Below, one piece after another: positions 22,200 through 45,074 of a stretch of 64,000 nt of DNA. Positions within the stretch are counted from its first letter, which is position 1. Each line of letters begins with the position of its first letter. A program made the position numbers and the translations under genes. The DNA is from the human T2T-CHM13v2.0 reference genome, Homo sapiens: the NCBI RefSeq assembly GCF_009914755.1, contig NC_060928.1; one strand, 5' to 3'. The notes beneath the pieces were generated by a model that did not search any database, was not told where the DNA came from, and was given only the letters and a program-made list of their open reading frames with translations.

Positions 22200-22484
22200 A
22201 GCATCTACTGCTATTCTCTTCACATGCTCTATTTTTTGCATTGATAGCTAAAAACTACAGTATCCAGGCTCCCTTGCAGCTAGGAGTTTAGATGTAGTCT
22301 CTGCCCTTGAGGCAGTTACATGACATTTGAAAATAGAAGAAAGTGAGGCACAGTGGCTAGGCTGGGCACGGTGGCTCACGCCTATAATCCTAACACTTTG
22401 GGAGGCTGAAGTAGGCAGATCACTTGAACTTAGGAGTCTGAGACCAGCCTTGGCAACATAGTGAGACCTTGTCAAAAAAGAAAT

Positions 22485-22559
<75 letters not shown>

Positions 22560-22930
22560 AGAAAGAAAGAAAAACAGAGAGAGAAAGAGAGAGAGAGGGG
22601 AGGGAGGGAGGGACGAAGGAAGGAAAAGAAAGCGGAAGAGAGGTGGAGGCCATTGTATTCCTGTGGAGGTGCAGGAGCACATGTAGGCTCCAATAGATGT
22701 GAGTGTGGGCAGTGCTGGGCAACATTGCCTATTCTACTGCCACAGTGGCTTCCTGACCTCTGGACCCCAGAAGTGGCAATGTATCACCTTGAAGCCAAAA
22801 GCCTAGTCCTAGTGACCAATTTTTGCTCCTTTCAAAACCATCTTTCAATGGTTTTGTAAGCATCTAACTTTCTCTACTAAGTTCCTTCCTGATTAAAATA
22901 GCTTTTTCCTGCACTAAACCCTGACAGGTA
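22200..22930 (+). mobile_element. Old ERVL LTR (LTR33-like), interrupted by a FLAM (22359-22485) and a microsatellite
   Basis: ccaggctcccttgcagctagg and ttttgtaagcatctaactttctctactaagttccttcctgattaaaatagc motifs. Confidence 0.55.
22485..22640 (+). repeat. (GA)n(GAAA)n(GGGA)n purine-rich microsatellite from the FLAM tail
   Basis: Directly visible tandem repeats. Confidence 0.95.
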
Positions 22931-23083
22931 CTAATTGGTGTAAGGTGAGGGATTCTACCCCTTTGTCTTTCTGCATACTGCAATAGGCCACGTAATCAAT
23001 GGATCAGTCCTACTGTTGCAAATTCAATCAGTCTTAACTGTACTGCAGCATATCCTGATGAGCTCAAAGATGTCATACCCCAC

Positions 23084-23441
23084 CATTTTAGTTCACTCAG
23101 GCTGCCATCACAAAATATCATAAACTGGGTCGCTTATAGATAACAGAAATTTTATTTCTCACAGTTCTGAAACTGGGAAGTCCAAGATTAAGGCAACAGC
23201 AGATTTGGTGTCTGGTTGAGGGCCACCTTCCTAATGGAGGGAAACTTCTCACTATGTCCTCACAAGGTGGAAGTAAGGGGTCTCAGGCCTATTTTATAAG
23301 GACACAAATCTCATTCATGAGGGTTCAACTTTTGTAATATAATCACCTCCTAAAGGCTTTGACCACCTAGTACCATTGCCTTAGGGATTAGGATTTCAAC
23401 ATTTGGATTTGGTGAGGGATGCAAATATTCAGAACACAGGA
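23084..23441 (-). mobile_element. MaLR LTR (MLT1A/MSTD-like)
   Basis: caggctgccatcacaaaatatcataaactggg...acagaaattttatttctcacagttctg...gtccaagattaagg. Confidence 0.8.
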
Positions 23442-23519
23442 CACACCATCTCCAAAGCCTAACTCATTGGTAGACTATGGCTGCTCAGTTTTCTCTAAGG
23501 TTAAAAAGAGTTTTATTTT

Positions 23520-26215
<2,696 letters not shown>

Positions 26216-26412
26216 AGTTTAATTTTCAAAAACAAAAATATTACTGACACAATTATGTATAAGAATGCATCAACAGGCAGTTCAAAAAAGTGGAAATAGA
26301 AATGGTCAATAAACATATGCAAAAACACAGCCTCATTAAAAATGGCAAAATGCAAATTTTTATTAAAATGAAGTAACACTTATTAGATATATCGGCAAGA
26401 AAAAAAAAATCA

Positions 26413-26832
<420 letters not shown>

Positions 26833-27678
26833 CTACTGAAATGTTTAAAATGCACACTCAATGACTGCATTTTAACCTCCATGCACACAAGGAAAAATGT
26901 ACAAGCATATTCATTGGACCATTGTTTAAAATAGGAAGAGATGTTAAGCTTAAAATGTCCATCAATAAATGACCACCTAAATAAACCAGGTCCAACTTTG
27001 AAAAACTAGGCAGCTATTAATAAGGATGAGATGGAGCCATGTATTCTTATCTGGGAAGATCTCCAAATTCCATTGGTAGGTGTAAAAAGCAAGTTGCAGA
27101 AGGATTCATCAGGCATGCCATTTTCTTAAAAGCATATTTTCTACTATATATATTTAATAAGCACATATTTATCCATTGAAGTACATTAGAAGTGGCCTGA
27201 AAGAATACACACTAAGCAATAATTACCACTGGAGAATACAGGAAGGGTAGCAACATGCTGTGAGCCTCATTTCTTACATTTTACAAAATTGAAAAGCCAG
27301 TTAAGTAGAGGTCGGATAAGAGAGTTTCTGTTTGCATAGCCTATGCCAGAGGTTTTCAAATGCTAAATATGGTCCTAAAATTATTCAGGAAGATAAAGAT
27401 AAAGATACAGATTTTAGACCACCACCTCCAGGAACTTTGACTTATGTACATATAAAGCAAAGCCTAGGAATGAAATGTTTAAAAAGCTTCCCTGGTAAGT
27501 ATAAAGTGATTGGAGCCATGCTGAAGGTCACTGTTCCCAGCCCAGCTAAAATTAATTCAACACATAGAAGAGCAGAGAAGCAAGGATAAGACATTGGCTA
27601 TATGTGCGTGCCTTCTACTAGGGTAGAAATACCCAGTGCTATTGCTAGAAAGCACAGACTTGACTTACCAATTACTAA

Positions 27679-28205
27679 TAAAGCCATTCTCACAGGGTTA
27701 ATAAGAATTTTGGACAGAAATATAGCTATAATTAAGCATTAATCATGCTATATTTTGACCCACTTCTTTGTAACCAAAAGTCACATAGCACTAGATACTC
27801 ACAATTTGCAACCCTGTTTTTCCTATAGATAGGATTTCTGACATTAGATTCATAAGACTTGTTTAAGAATTGCTTAAGCAGACTCTGAATTCCAGTGGAA
27901 TGGCTGATGCCAACCAGTTTGAAGACCCCCACAGCAGAACTGAATCAGCATGAAAACACATTTTTTCATCTTCCTGGGCCATGATTTCACCCTGCACTCT
28001 TCGACCAATCAATATCTCCACACTTCAGCCAACTCCAAAACCCTTAACAATCCTAGCCCCAAATTTCTCAGGGAGATGGATTTTAGGTTTACTCTCATTT
28101 CCTCATTCAGCAACCCTTCGCTTAAACCTCTTTCTCTGCTGCAATCCAATATATCAGCACGTTGACTTGCTGTGCACATTGGGTAATGGGCATATTACAG
28201 TTACA
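27679..28205 (+). mobile_element. Solo ERV1 LTR (LTR26-like)
   Basis: cacagggttaataagaattttggacagaaatatagctataattaagcattaatc...gaagacccccacag...ends ttaca. Confidence 0.7.
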
Positions 28206-28233
28206 CACACTTATTGGTGCCTGAGAAATTAAC

Positions 28234-33383
<5,150 letters not shown>

Positions 33384-33678
33384 CTAAGTGGATTTTGAGT
33401 TTATCTAATTTATTGTTCTCTAATAGGCCTAGAATATAAAATAAAGAAATAGGATAATACTTTTTTTTGTATTGCTTCTGAAGTGATACAAATGAAATTA
33501 TATCTTCCTCAGACCTTCTACAAGCTATAAAAATTCATAGACTATTTGAAAATAAGCCTTGCTACTAGTCTTATCAAAAACTTCAAAATGTTTCCACTTC
33601 TTTGAAGTGCAATTGGTGGCATGAAAAGAACCCAGAACTAGAAGATGAAGGGCACAGGTGGGTTTTAGCCCTGGCTTC

Positions 33679-34060
<382 letters not shown>

Positions 34061-35152
34061 TAAAGTCAACAGTTGTAAAGATTAAATGAGATAACTTTTG
34101 AACAGTGCTTTTCAAACTAGAAAACACCGCAAATATTTGATTATAAGGTAGGTTTGTCCAAGTCCCAACAGCTGTGGGAGGACTGAAAATAAAAGATAAA
34201 ATTTTTAAACTTACAATTGTATGTGCTAAAGGAAGATGGCCAGGATGGTGAAGTGTGCAGTGACCTTGTGGTTAGAAATGTGGTTGGAGGAACTAAGACT
34301 GTTACTCTGAAGCCTGAACACTGGGGTTGCAGAGAGGAGAATCAATATTTACAGCCTGGCCTGGTGGGAATCCTACTGTATGACTTGGCCTTTAGCAGTG
34401 TCAGATTTTTAAAAATATTCCTGTTTTATTTAGAAATGAGTTATCACCTCGCCTTGCTCATTTTCCTCTCATCTTTACATTCCCTTAATCCAAAAACCAG
34501 GAAGGATGCAGGCTTAGGTCTTCAGATGTCTCAGGCTGATCTCTCTGTGCTTATAGAATCTTTTTAAGGCCACAGGAGAGGTAGGTGACATCTGGATGTA
34601 GTCTCAAAACAAAGCTCAACATGCATATCTTGGTGGAAATCTGAAGGAAATGGAACAGGAGGAAAATGAAGACACAACTTTGAGGCACATATGGATTGGA
34701 AGTTGTCTAATGGAAGGTCTGGATACCTTTCAGAATTCTCAGAGGATATACTTTTTAAGGTATAAGTGACTCATGACAGGAGGAGTGGAGAGCTGGTGAC
34801 CAATTTGAAAATTGCTCAGGAATGCGGACTGATGTTTGGAACATCAATTTCCATAGTTTATATACTTTCTACTATTCAATCAAATTAAGATTGATGTTTG
34901 GAACTCCAATTTCCACAGTTTCTATTGCTTCTCTTTTCTCATAATAGTCTTTCTACCTCTTTTTATTTAACCAAATAAGACACAGTGAGTTTAATGAATT
35001 TTGGGTTTTTTTTCCCCCAGTTGGGAAGATCTGTCAATATTTCATAGGCAAGCAAAAAGAGGCACTAAAAGGGACCTATTAAAATATTTTAGTCACTTCT
35101 GAAGATCCAAAGACAGGTTCTTTTTTTGCAAAGCTTTATTCTCTTTTTATGA

Positions 35153-35488
<336 letters not shown>

Positions 35489-35685
35489 TGATTTGTCTTT
35501 TGTGATTACTCAAAGATCAAGCAGCTCATACTATGTACATCAGTTTTACAGACCTGGCAAGGTAGCCCTTTGGCTTGCCTTCATAGCTGTGAACCTGCAA
35601 TTAAGTCATCAAAAATTTTCAGCCTGCTGCCTATTTACAATGTAAACAAGTGATTGCTAGTATCAAGCTATTTGTGAATACAGAA

Positions 35686-36026
<341 letters not shown>

Positions 36027-36514
36027 TAAATAAGGAAATTTGCAAAGAGTTGAGGTTTCATTAGAGACATGAAGATTTAATTTGAGTTGTAATTTTTGAC
36101 ATCATTAAGAGTGAAGCAAAGTTTTTCAGAGATTTGAGCTATTTCATTGTGTTGACAGGTGTAATGATTAGAGCATCATAATCTACATGGATGTGGCTTC
36201 ACTAAGCAGAAAATATAACATTTTGTATAATTAGAAGTTTGCTGTTTTGAGTACATCTTCTTCCATCTATTTATACTCACAAGTTCACCAGGGAAACACT
36301 TTCCCTCCAAATGCAGTGGGGTAGATATGAGTTGCTCTACATACTTGGGTGTATGAGTTGTCACCTCATCTATATGTTCTAAAATTACCTCTGATTCTTA
36401 ACCTCGACTAGCCAAAGCAGTGAGAAAGTCCATTTCGGATATGTTTTGGGAAATTTCCCCCTTTTGTTAGGGTCACCTAAAAATCCAAGTTGAAGACTCT
36501 ACTTCCAGGTATAA

Positions 36515-37031
<517 letters not shown>

Positions 37032-37117
37032 TGCCATTTTCTATTGATAATTTTCTTCGCTTCCTTGGGGAGAGTAAAAGGGAGAGAACACAGTCTGAGT
37101 AGTTCCTCTTCAAAATA

Positions 37118-37419
37118 AGCTGGGCGCAGTGGCTCACGCCTGTAATCCCAGCAATTTGGGAGGCCAAGGAGGGCAGAACACCTGAGGTCAGGAATTTGAG
37201 ACCAGCCTGGCTAACATGGTGAAACCCCGTTTCTACTAAAAATTCAAAAAATTAGCTGGGCCTGGTGGCGCTTGCCTGTAATCCCATCTACTCAGGAGGC
37301 TGAAGCAGGAGAATCGCTTGAACCCAGGATGTGGAGGTTGCAGTGAGCTAAGATCGTGCCATTGTAGTCCAGCTTGGGCAACAAGAGCAAAACTCCATCT
37401 CAAAATAAATAAATAAATA
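37118..37419 (+). mobile_element. AluSp/Sq-like
   Basis: Dimeric Alu. Confidence 0.94.
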
Positions 37420-37609
37420 CAGAAAATATAATCGAAGTTGGGAAGGGTCGTTGTCCTATCCAGCCAGTGGGGCGGGGCCCAGTCTTAACTGGAAGCATTG
37501 GGTTTCATTGCCTCAGTCTGCTCTGCTACAGGACTTTGTTACTCAGACCAGCCCTCCCTGCCCTTGCACAGGGATTCTTTCAGCAGGCTGAGGGACACTG
37601 TTCCCATGG

Positions 37610-39020
37610 TATGTCCGTAATTGGTGGGTTCTTGGTCTCACTGACTTCAATAATCAAGCTGCAGACCCTCATGGTGACTGTTAACAGTTCTTAAACATAG
37701 TGTGACTGGAGTTTGTTCCTTCTGATGTTTGGACGTGTTCGGAGTTTCTTCCTTCTGCTGGGTTCCTGGTCCCACTAGCTTCAGGAGTGAAGCTACAGAC
37801 ATTCGCTGGGAGTGTTACACCTCTTAAGGCAGCACTGGAGTTGTTCATTCCTCTCAGTGGGTTCATGATCTCACTAGCTTCAGGAGTGAAGCTACATACC
37901 TTCAGGTGAGTGTCACAGCTCATAAAGGCAGCAAGGCTCCAAAAAGTGAGCAGCCACAAGTCTTATTAGGAAGAACAAAAGAACAAACCTGCCACAACAT
38001 GGTAGACGACCCAAGCAGATTGCCGCTGCTGGCTCTGGCACCCTGCTTTTATTCCCTTATCTCACTCCACCCACATCCTGCTGATTCGCCCATTTTACAG
38101 AGAGCTGATTGGTCCATTTTACAAAGAGCTGATTGGTCTGTTTTATAGAGAGCTGATTGGTCCATTTTGACAGGGTGCTGATTGGTGCGTTTACAATCCC
38201 TGAGCTAGACACAGAGTGCTGATTGGTGTATTTACAATCCTCTAGCTAGACATAAAAGTGCTCCAAGTCCCTACTAGATTAGCTAGACACAGAGCACTGA
38301 TTGGTGCATTTATAAGCCTTGAGCTTGACACAGGGTGCTGATTGGTGCGTCTACGAACCCCTGCCCCCCACCAATGCTAGACACAGAGTGCTGATTGGTG
38401 CATTTACAATCCTCCAGCTAGACATAAAAGTTCTCCAAGTCCCCACTCCACTCAGGAACCCAGCTGGCTTTGCCTAGTGGATTCCCGCCCCAAGGCTGCT
38501 GGCAGAGCTGCCCACCAGTGCCCCGCCATGTGCCCGCACTCCTCAGCCGTTGGGCATCGATGGGGCCGGGCGCCGCGGAGCAGGGGGTGGGGAGGGGGCG
38601 GGGCGGCGGGGCTCCGGGGCTCGCGCATGGCGGGCTGCCAGTCGCCAGCCATGGGAGTCGGGGGAGCCGGGGGAGGAAGGCAGCTGAGGCCCCACGAGAA
38701 TTCGAGCGCCGACCCGGTGGGCCGGCACTGCTGAGGGACCCGGCGCACCCTCTGCAGCTGCTGGCCCGGGTGCTAAGCCCCTCACTGACTGGTGCGGTGG
38801 CGCCAGCCGGCCGCTCCAAGTGCGGGGCCCGCCGAGCCCACGCCCATCCGGAACTCGCGCTGGCCCGCGAGCACGGGGCACGGCCCCGGTTCCCGCCCGC
38901 GCCTCTCCCTCCACACCTCCCTGCAAGCAGAAGGGTTCCTCAAGCGCGGCCAGAGTGGACACCGTGGCTTGAGGAGGTGCCGAGAGCGAGGCAGGGCTAC
39001 TAGCATGTTGTCACCTCTCA
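37610..39020 (-). mobile_element. Solo LTR12 (ERV9; LTR12/LTR12D-like)
   Basis: Reverse complement runs tgagaggtgacaac...gagaccaagaacccaccaattacggacata; tandem ctgattgg (CCAAT) repeats; perfect 4-bp TSD atgg (37606-37609, 39021-39024). Confidence 0.95.
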
Positions 39021-39358
39021 ATGGGTCTCTCCACTGACCACTGCCTCAGCCCACGGACACTCTCGCTGTGGTTCCCAAGGTATCTGTGTCCCCGGCCTAG
39101 CTCTCTGGCTTCCTGAAGCCATCTCTTACTGGTGCTCCATGCATGCAAACCTTGGGTCTCTTATCACTCTCAGAGGCTCCTTCTTCTTGTCTTTCTCTAG
39201 TCTTGGAGAAATATCTCTTAAGTTTCAGCATCAGCTTCTTCTCTTTCCCCTTTATAGACTTCTATCTCACCCACCTGCAAAAGAATAAACAGTGTGAGGG
39301 GCCGAAATGTCACTCCTTACACCACACCTCCTAAACAGAGAAGACAAAACATAAATGA

Positions 39359-39687
<329 letters not shown>

Positions 39688-39811
39688 TTTCCTACTAGAT
39701 ACCCTACATACCTTCTTGCTAGATCAAAAGCAGACAAGAATCTGCTTTTGATCTAGCTGGAAGGTATGTAGGGTATCTAGTAGGAAAAAAGCTGGCTTCA
39801 GAGCTGTGAGT

Positions 39812-40015
39812 CCTGCCAGGGGCTGGGAAAAGGTGGAAAGGGGAGAAACTGCTTAGTGGGTAAGGAATTTTACTTTGGCGAGATGAAAATGTTTCTGGAA
39901 TTCGATAGAGGTGATGGTTGTACAATATTGCGAATATACTCAATGCTATGGAATTGTTTACTTTTAAGTATTTATGTTATCTGAATTTTACCTCAATAAC
40001 TTATTAAAAAAGAAA
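39812..40015 (+). mobile_element. L1MB 3'-terminal fragment
   Basis: gccaggggctggg...gatgaaaatgtttctggaattcgatagaggtgatggttgtacaata...gaattttacctcaataa. Confidence 0.8.
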
Positions 40016-40059
40016 AAAGCAATGAGTCCTCATGCTGGTGCCATGGGGCTTATTGGTAC

Positions 40060-40640
40060 GAGAGTACACTGGGCTAAAAAGAGAACCCACCCGTCTCCCG
40101 CAGTTGGAAGCTAAATGACCTTGGTCAATTTCCCTAACCCCAGTTTTCTCATATGTAAGCTGGGGATAATAATTCTCAGTTGGCAAGGATGCTGTTAGGG
40201 CAAAATTAGGTCATTTGTGAGAAGCACCAGGCACAGTGTCTGGCCCATTGAGGGGGTCACTTCTTCATAGCACCCAATCTCTGCTTCTTAGGCAGATGAT
40301 CTAGGTTCTGCCAATGCCTCATGTTTGACCTGTTGGCTTTGGGGAATGAGTGGAAATGTCATCAGCTGAGGTTGAAAGAGAAAGAGGTTCTCATTAGGTA
40401 AGAACACTGGTTTGGGACATGCTGAATTTGAGACGATTGTGAGACATAATAGGTCGGAAGCTGGAGTCTGAGGCTGGCAGAGATGGCAGTCAGACTGGAC
40501 ATTGAGATTTCAGTCATCCAGTATGTAGGCAGCCACTAGGACCCTGAAAAAGGACTTGGCCCAGGGGAGATTGGAGTGAACAGGTAGAGGGCTTGAGGTG
40601 AAAGACTGGGAAATATCATTTAAGGGTTAGGTGAATCCTG
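40060..40640. mobile_element. MIR (~40060-40250) and L2 (~40340-40640) relics
   Basis: tgaccttggtcaatttccctaaccccagttttctcatatgtaa; tttgggacatgctgaatttgag. Confidence 0.6.
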
Positions 40641-40995
40641 TACTCATGAAGGTTATTCAACCCTATCTGTCCACAGGCTTACCTTGTACACCTCTCTGTC
40701 TCTGCTCACTCCATTCTAACTTACTCTGTTCATTCATCTTTCCAGACTTCTATCTACAGAGCTTTTCCAGTCTTGATGTCTGCTTGGTTTGTTTCTCTGC
40801 CTCTTGACTCAGTGCTTCATTCTCTGGCTAGAGCACAAATTTACCCATCCTGGTTCCCCAAGTTCCTTTCATCCAGCGTGGCATCAAGGAAGTCTGTTCA
40901 TGATAACCAGGTCCAGTGTGCTCTCATAATTGATCTCCAAAGAGCAGTGCTTTCTAGATTAATTCTCAGCTGGGTCTTGTCTCTTCACACTTCAC

Positions 40996-41285
40996 TTTTT
41001 TTTTGAGATGGAGTCTCACTCTGTCACCCAGGATGCAGTGCAGTGGCGCAATCTTGGCTCATGGCAATCTCCGCCTCCCGAGTTCAGGCAATTCTCCTAC
41101 CTCAGCTTCCCAAGTAGCTGAGATTACAAGCACGTGCCACCATGTCTTGCTAATTTTTGTATTTTTAGTAGAAATGGGGTTTCACCATGTTAGCCAGGTT
41201 GGCCACAAACTCCTGGCCTCAAGTGATCTGCCTGCCTCAGCCTCCCAAAGTGTTGGGATTACAGGTGTGAGCCAAGATGTCCAGA
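40996..41285 (-). mobile_element. AluS
   Basis: Dimeric Alu. Confidence 0.93.
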
Positions 41286-41432
41286 CTCTTTACACTTCAT
41301 TTCTAACATGCCAGGTCCTACCCTCTTCCTTGCTTACCTTGGCACCTGGATTTCCCTGATTTTGAACTGATTATTTGGCTCTTGATTCCTGGCCTTACTT
41401 TGTCTTTGTGGATATTTGTTTGTTCTGTCTGT

Positions 41433-41880
41433 TTTAATTCAGCAAATATTTATTGAGGGCCTACTATGTGCCAGGCCTTATTTTAGGGTCTAGGAATACA
41501 GCAGAAACAAAACAGAACAAAATCCCTATGTTTGTGGAAAGTAGATGGGGAAAAAAAAAGCGGGGAAGTGGGATAAGGAGTGTTGAGGAGTGAGTTACAA
41601 GTTTAACTAGGGTGGTCAGGGCATCCTCCCACTGAGAAGTTATCATTCAGGACAGAGGAAAGAGCCAGTCAAAGGCTTTGAGGCAGGAGCATACCTGGAG
41701 TGTTTGGGAGCATCAAGGAGGCCAGGATGGCTACAGCAGAGAAAGTGCTAAGGAGGGTTGTCAAGGAGAGATCAGCACAGTACAGGTGGTGATGAGGACA
41801 TTGTTTAGGGTCCTACAAGCCACTGTAAGAAAATCAGCATTTCCTATGAGTGATGGGGAGCCTCTGGAGCATTTTGGGGA
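41433..41880 (-). mobile_element. L2a 3' end
   Basis: attcagcaaatatttattgagggcctactatgtgccaggc...gatggggagcctctggagcatttt. Confidence 0.8.
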
Positions 41881-42129
41881 TCAGTCTGGCTTTGTGGAGA
41901 CCCAGTCATCCAGCTTCCTACAGTCCACTTCCAGGCTTGCCTCCACACTTTTTTTTTGTTTGTTGTTCGGTTTTAATTCATGTCATTGTACCCAGAGAAA
42001 ATGTTTCAGCTGGACCCTGCTTCAGTTCTACTTCTAATAACTATGCCTCAATTCACGTGTCACTTGGAAAGTAAATGAAGATGGTATTACTGATTCAATC
42101 ATCCGTCAAATAGACATATAATTATAAAC

Positions 42130-42330
42130 TTAGAAAAGTGCTATCAAGAAAAATTGCATGAGGGCATACCAAGGAATGCCAAGAATTGCTGGCAACTACC
42201 GGAAGCTGGGAGAGTTCAGGAATGATTCTTCCCTAGAGCCTTTGGAGAGAGTGTGGCCCTGCTAACACCTTGACTTCTAGCTCCAGAACTATGAGACAAC
42301 AAATTTCTGTGGTTTTAAGTCCCTCCACAC
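42130..42330 (+). mobile_element. MLT1 LTR fragment
   Basis: ccaaggaatgccaagaattgctggcaactaccggaagctgggagag...tgtggccctgctaacaccttgacttct...ctccagaactatgagacaacaaatttctgtggttttaag. Confidence 0.75.
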
Positions 42331-42437
42331 CCACACCCAGAAGTACATGATGTTTGGCAGTGCATCATGGGGAAAGAGACTGGGTAAACAAGGCAGAGTC
42401 CCCTTGAGAAAGTACCTTGAAAAAAAAGATTTTACTG

Positions 42438-42600
42438 TTTTTTTAAGAGACAGGGTCTCATACCATCACCCAGGCTGGAGTGCAGTGCCATGATCATAGC
42501 TCACTGTAGCCTCAACTCCCGGGTTCAAGTGATCCTCCCACCTCAGCCTCTTGATTAGCTGGTAACCCAGGTGTGTGCCACCACACCCAGCTAATTTATT
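42438..42600 (-). mobile_element. FRAM / AluJ right arm
   Basis: Right monomer only. Confidence 0.85.
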
Positions 42601-42876
42601 AAAAACAAGGTTTGAAGGATGAGTAGGAGTTAGGTAAGTGTGAATGGGGGCAGAGGGATATGTTTTTGCATGTAGACCAGTATCTACAAAGGCCCTAGAG
42701 CAGAGAAAAGTGAGGCCAATTCCATTAAAGGAAGAAAGGCTAGTGTGAGGTTGAAGCACCAGGTTGGGAAGAGAGGCAAGAATTGAGCATGGGGAGGTGA
42801 CACCATGTAAACAGTTGTGTTTTTAGCATTTGGCAGTGAATCTTTTAGCGTTAAATCTGTGAATATGTTTCCTGAC

Positions 42877-43322
42877 TGTGACTGTAAATTTTTTGTGTCA
42901 ACTTGACTGGGCCATGGGGTGCTCAGCTATTTGGTCCAACTTGATTCTGGGTATGTCTGTGAGGGTGTTTCTGGATGTGATTAACATTTGAATTGGTAGA
43001 GTTAGTAAAGCAGTTACCCTCCTCCAATGTGAGTGGGCCTCCTCCAATCCAGTGGAGGCCTGAAGAGAATAAAAGGCTGAGTAAGAAAGGATGCTCTCTC
43101 TCTCTGCCTGTCTTTGGGCCAGGACATTGGTTGTTTCCTGCCCTTGACCTCAGGCTCAGGCTGGATGTATACCATCAGCTCTCCTGGATTTGGACTTCTC
43201 AGCCTCCATAACTGTGTGAATCAATTCCTTATAATAAACTAATTTCTCTATCTCTGTTTTTCTACATCTCTGTATCCATACGTCCTACTGATTCTGTCTC
43301 TCTGGAGAGCCCTGATTAATCC
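42877..43322 (+). mobile_element. MLT2 (ERVL) solo LTR
   Basis: gtgtcaacttgactgggccatggggtgc...gggtatgtctgtgagggtgtttctggatg...ttctgtctctctggagagccctgattaat. Confidence 0.85.
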
Positions 43323-43364
43323 TGACCAATTGACATAAGCAAACAGAGAGATTATCAATCAAAC

Positions 43365-45074
43365 TGTGTCTGGAATTGGTGGGTTCTTGGTCTCACTGAC
43401 TTAAAGAATGAAGCCGCGGACCCTCGCGGTGAGTGTTACAGCTCTTAAGGTGGCGCGTCTGGAGTTTGTTTCTTCTGATGTTAAGATGTGTTTGGAGTTT
43501 CTTCCTTCTGGTGGGTTCATGGTCTCGCTGGCTCAGGAGTGAAGCTGCAGACCTTCGCGGTGAGTGTTACAGCTCTTAAGGCAGCGCGTCTGGAGTTGTT
43601 CGTTCCTCCCGGTGGGCTTGTGGTCTCTCTGGCTTCAGGAGTGAAGCTGCAGATCTTCGCGGTGAGTGTTACAGCTCATAAAGGCAGTGTGGACCCAAAG
43701 AGTGAGCAGTAGCAAGATTTATTTCAAAGAGCGAAAGAACAAAGCTTCCACAGTGTGGAAGGGGACCCGAGCCAGTTGCCATTGCTGGCTCGGGCAGCCT
43801 GCTTTTATTCTCTTATCTGGCCCCACCCACATCCTGCTGATTGGTAGAGCCGGGTGGTCTGTTTTGAGAGGGTGCTGATTGGTGCTAGGTTTACAATCCC
43901 TGAGCTAGATACAAAGGTTCTCCATCTCCCCATCAGATTAGTTAGATACAGAGTATCGACACAAAGGTTCTCCAAGGCCCCACCAGAGCAGCTAGATACA
44001 GAGTGTCGATTGGTGCACTCACAAACCTTGAGCTAAACACAGGGTGCTGATTGGTGTGTTTACAAACCTTGAGCTAGATACAGAGTGCCAATTGGTGTAT
44101 TTACAATCCCTGAGCTAGACATAAAGGTTCTCCAAGGCGCCACCAGAGCAGCTAGATACAGAGTGTCGATTGGTGCACTCACAAACCCTGAGCTAAACAC
44201 AGGGTGCTGATTGGTGTGTTTACAAACCTTGAGCTAGATACAGAGTGCCAATTGGTGTATTTACAATCCCTGAGCTAGACATAAAGGTTCTCCAAGGCCC
44301 CACCAGAGCAGCTAGATACAGAGTGTCGATTGGTGCACTCACAAACCCTGAGCTAGACACAGGGTGCTGATTGGTGTGTTTACAATCCCTGAGCTAGACA
44401 TAAAGACTCTCCACGTCCCCACCAGACTCAGGAGCCCAGCTGGCTTCACCCAGTGGATCCTGCACCAGGCCGCAGGTGGAGCTGCCTGCCAGTCCTGCGC
44501 CATGCGCTCGCACTCCTCAGCCCTTGGGCGGTCGATGGGACTGGGCGCAGTGGAGCAAGGGGCAACGCTCGTCGGGGAGGCTTGGGCCACACAGGAGCCC
44601 ACGGAGGGGGTGGGAGGCTCAGGCCTGGCGGGCTGCAGGTCCCGAGCCCTGCCCCGAGGGAAGGCAACTAAGGCCCGGTGAGAAATCGAGTGCAACGCCA
44701 GTGGGCTGGCACTGCTGTGGGACCCAGTATACCCTCCACAGCCACTGGCCCAGGTGCTAAGCCCCTCACTGCCTGGGGCCGGCAGGGCCGGCCGGCTGCT
44801 CCGAGTGCGGGGCCGCCAAGCCCACACCCACCCGGAACTCCAGCTGGCCCGCAAGCGCCGCGCACAGCCCTGGTTCCCGCTCGCGCCTCTCCCTCCACAC
44901 CTCCCTGCAAGCTGAGGGAGCCGGCTCTGGCCTTGGCCAGCCCAGAAAGGGGCTCCCACAGTGCAGCGGTGGGCTGAAGGGCTCCTCAAGTGCCGCCAAA
45001 GTGGGAGCCCAGGCAGAGGAGGTGCCGAGAGCAAGTGAGGGCTCTGAGGACTGCCAGCACGCTGTCACCTCTCA
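43365..45074 (-). mobile_element. Solo LTR12C (ERV9)
   Basis: Reverse complement runs tgagaggtgacagcgtgctggcagtcctc...ccaattccagacaca; tandem CCAAT-containing repeats ~43870-44420; perfect 4-bp TSD aaac (43361-43364, 45075-45078). Confidence 0.96.
43770..44420 (-). promoter_or_regulatory. LTR12C U3 promoter/enhancer array (NF-Y CCAAT boxes, TATA-like AATAAAAGC), pointing leftward
   Basis: Repeated attgg motifs; gcttttatt at 43801-43809. LTR12 promoter activity is established for the family; activity of this copy is not shown. Confidence 0.55.

Noticed and set aside
22248-22859. ORFs with poly-(ER/KE) or poly-(FLS) tracts
   Set aside because: Translations of the GA/GAAA microsatellite.
34217-34567. 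116-aa ORF in non-repeat sequence
   Set aside because: TTG start, no recognisable domain, no convincing exon structure; the length is compatible with chance.
43870-44420. Regularly spaced repeats superficially like a CRISPR array (also 38080-38450)
   Set aside because: These are the known LTR12 tandem enhancer repeats; the spacers are themselves repeated, there are no cas genes, and the DNA is primate.
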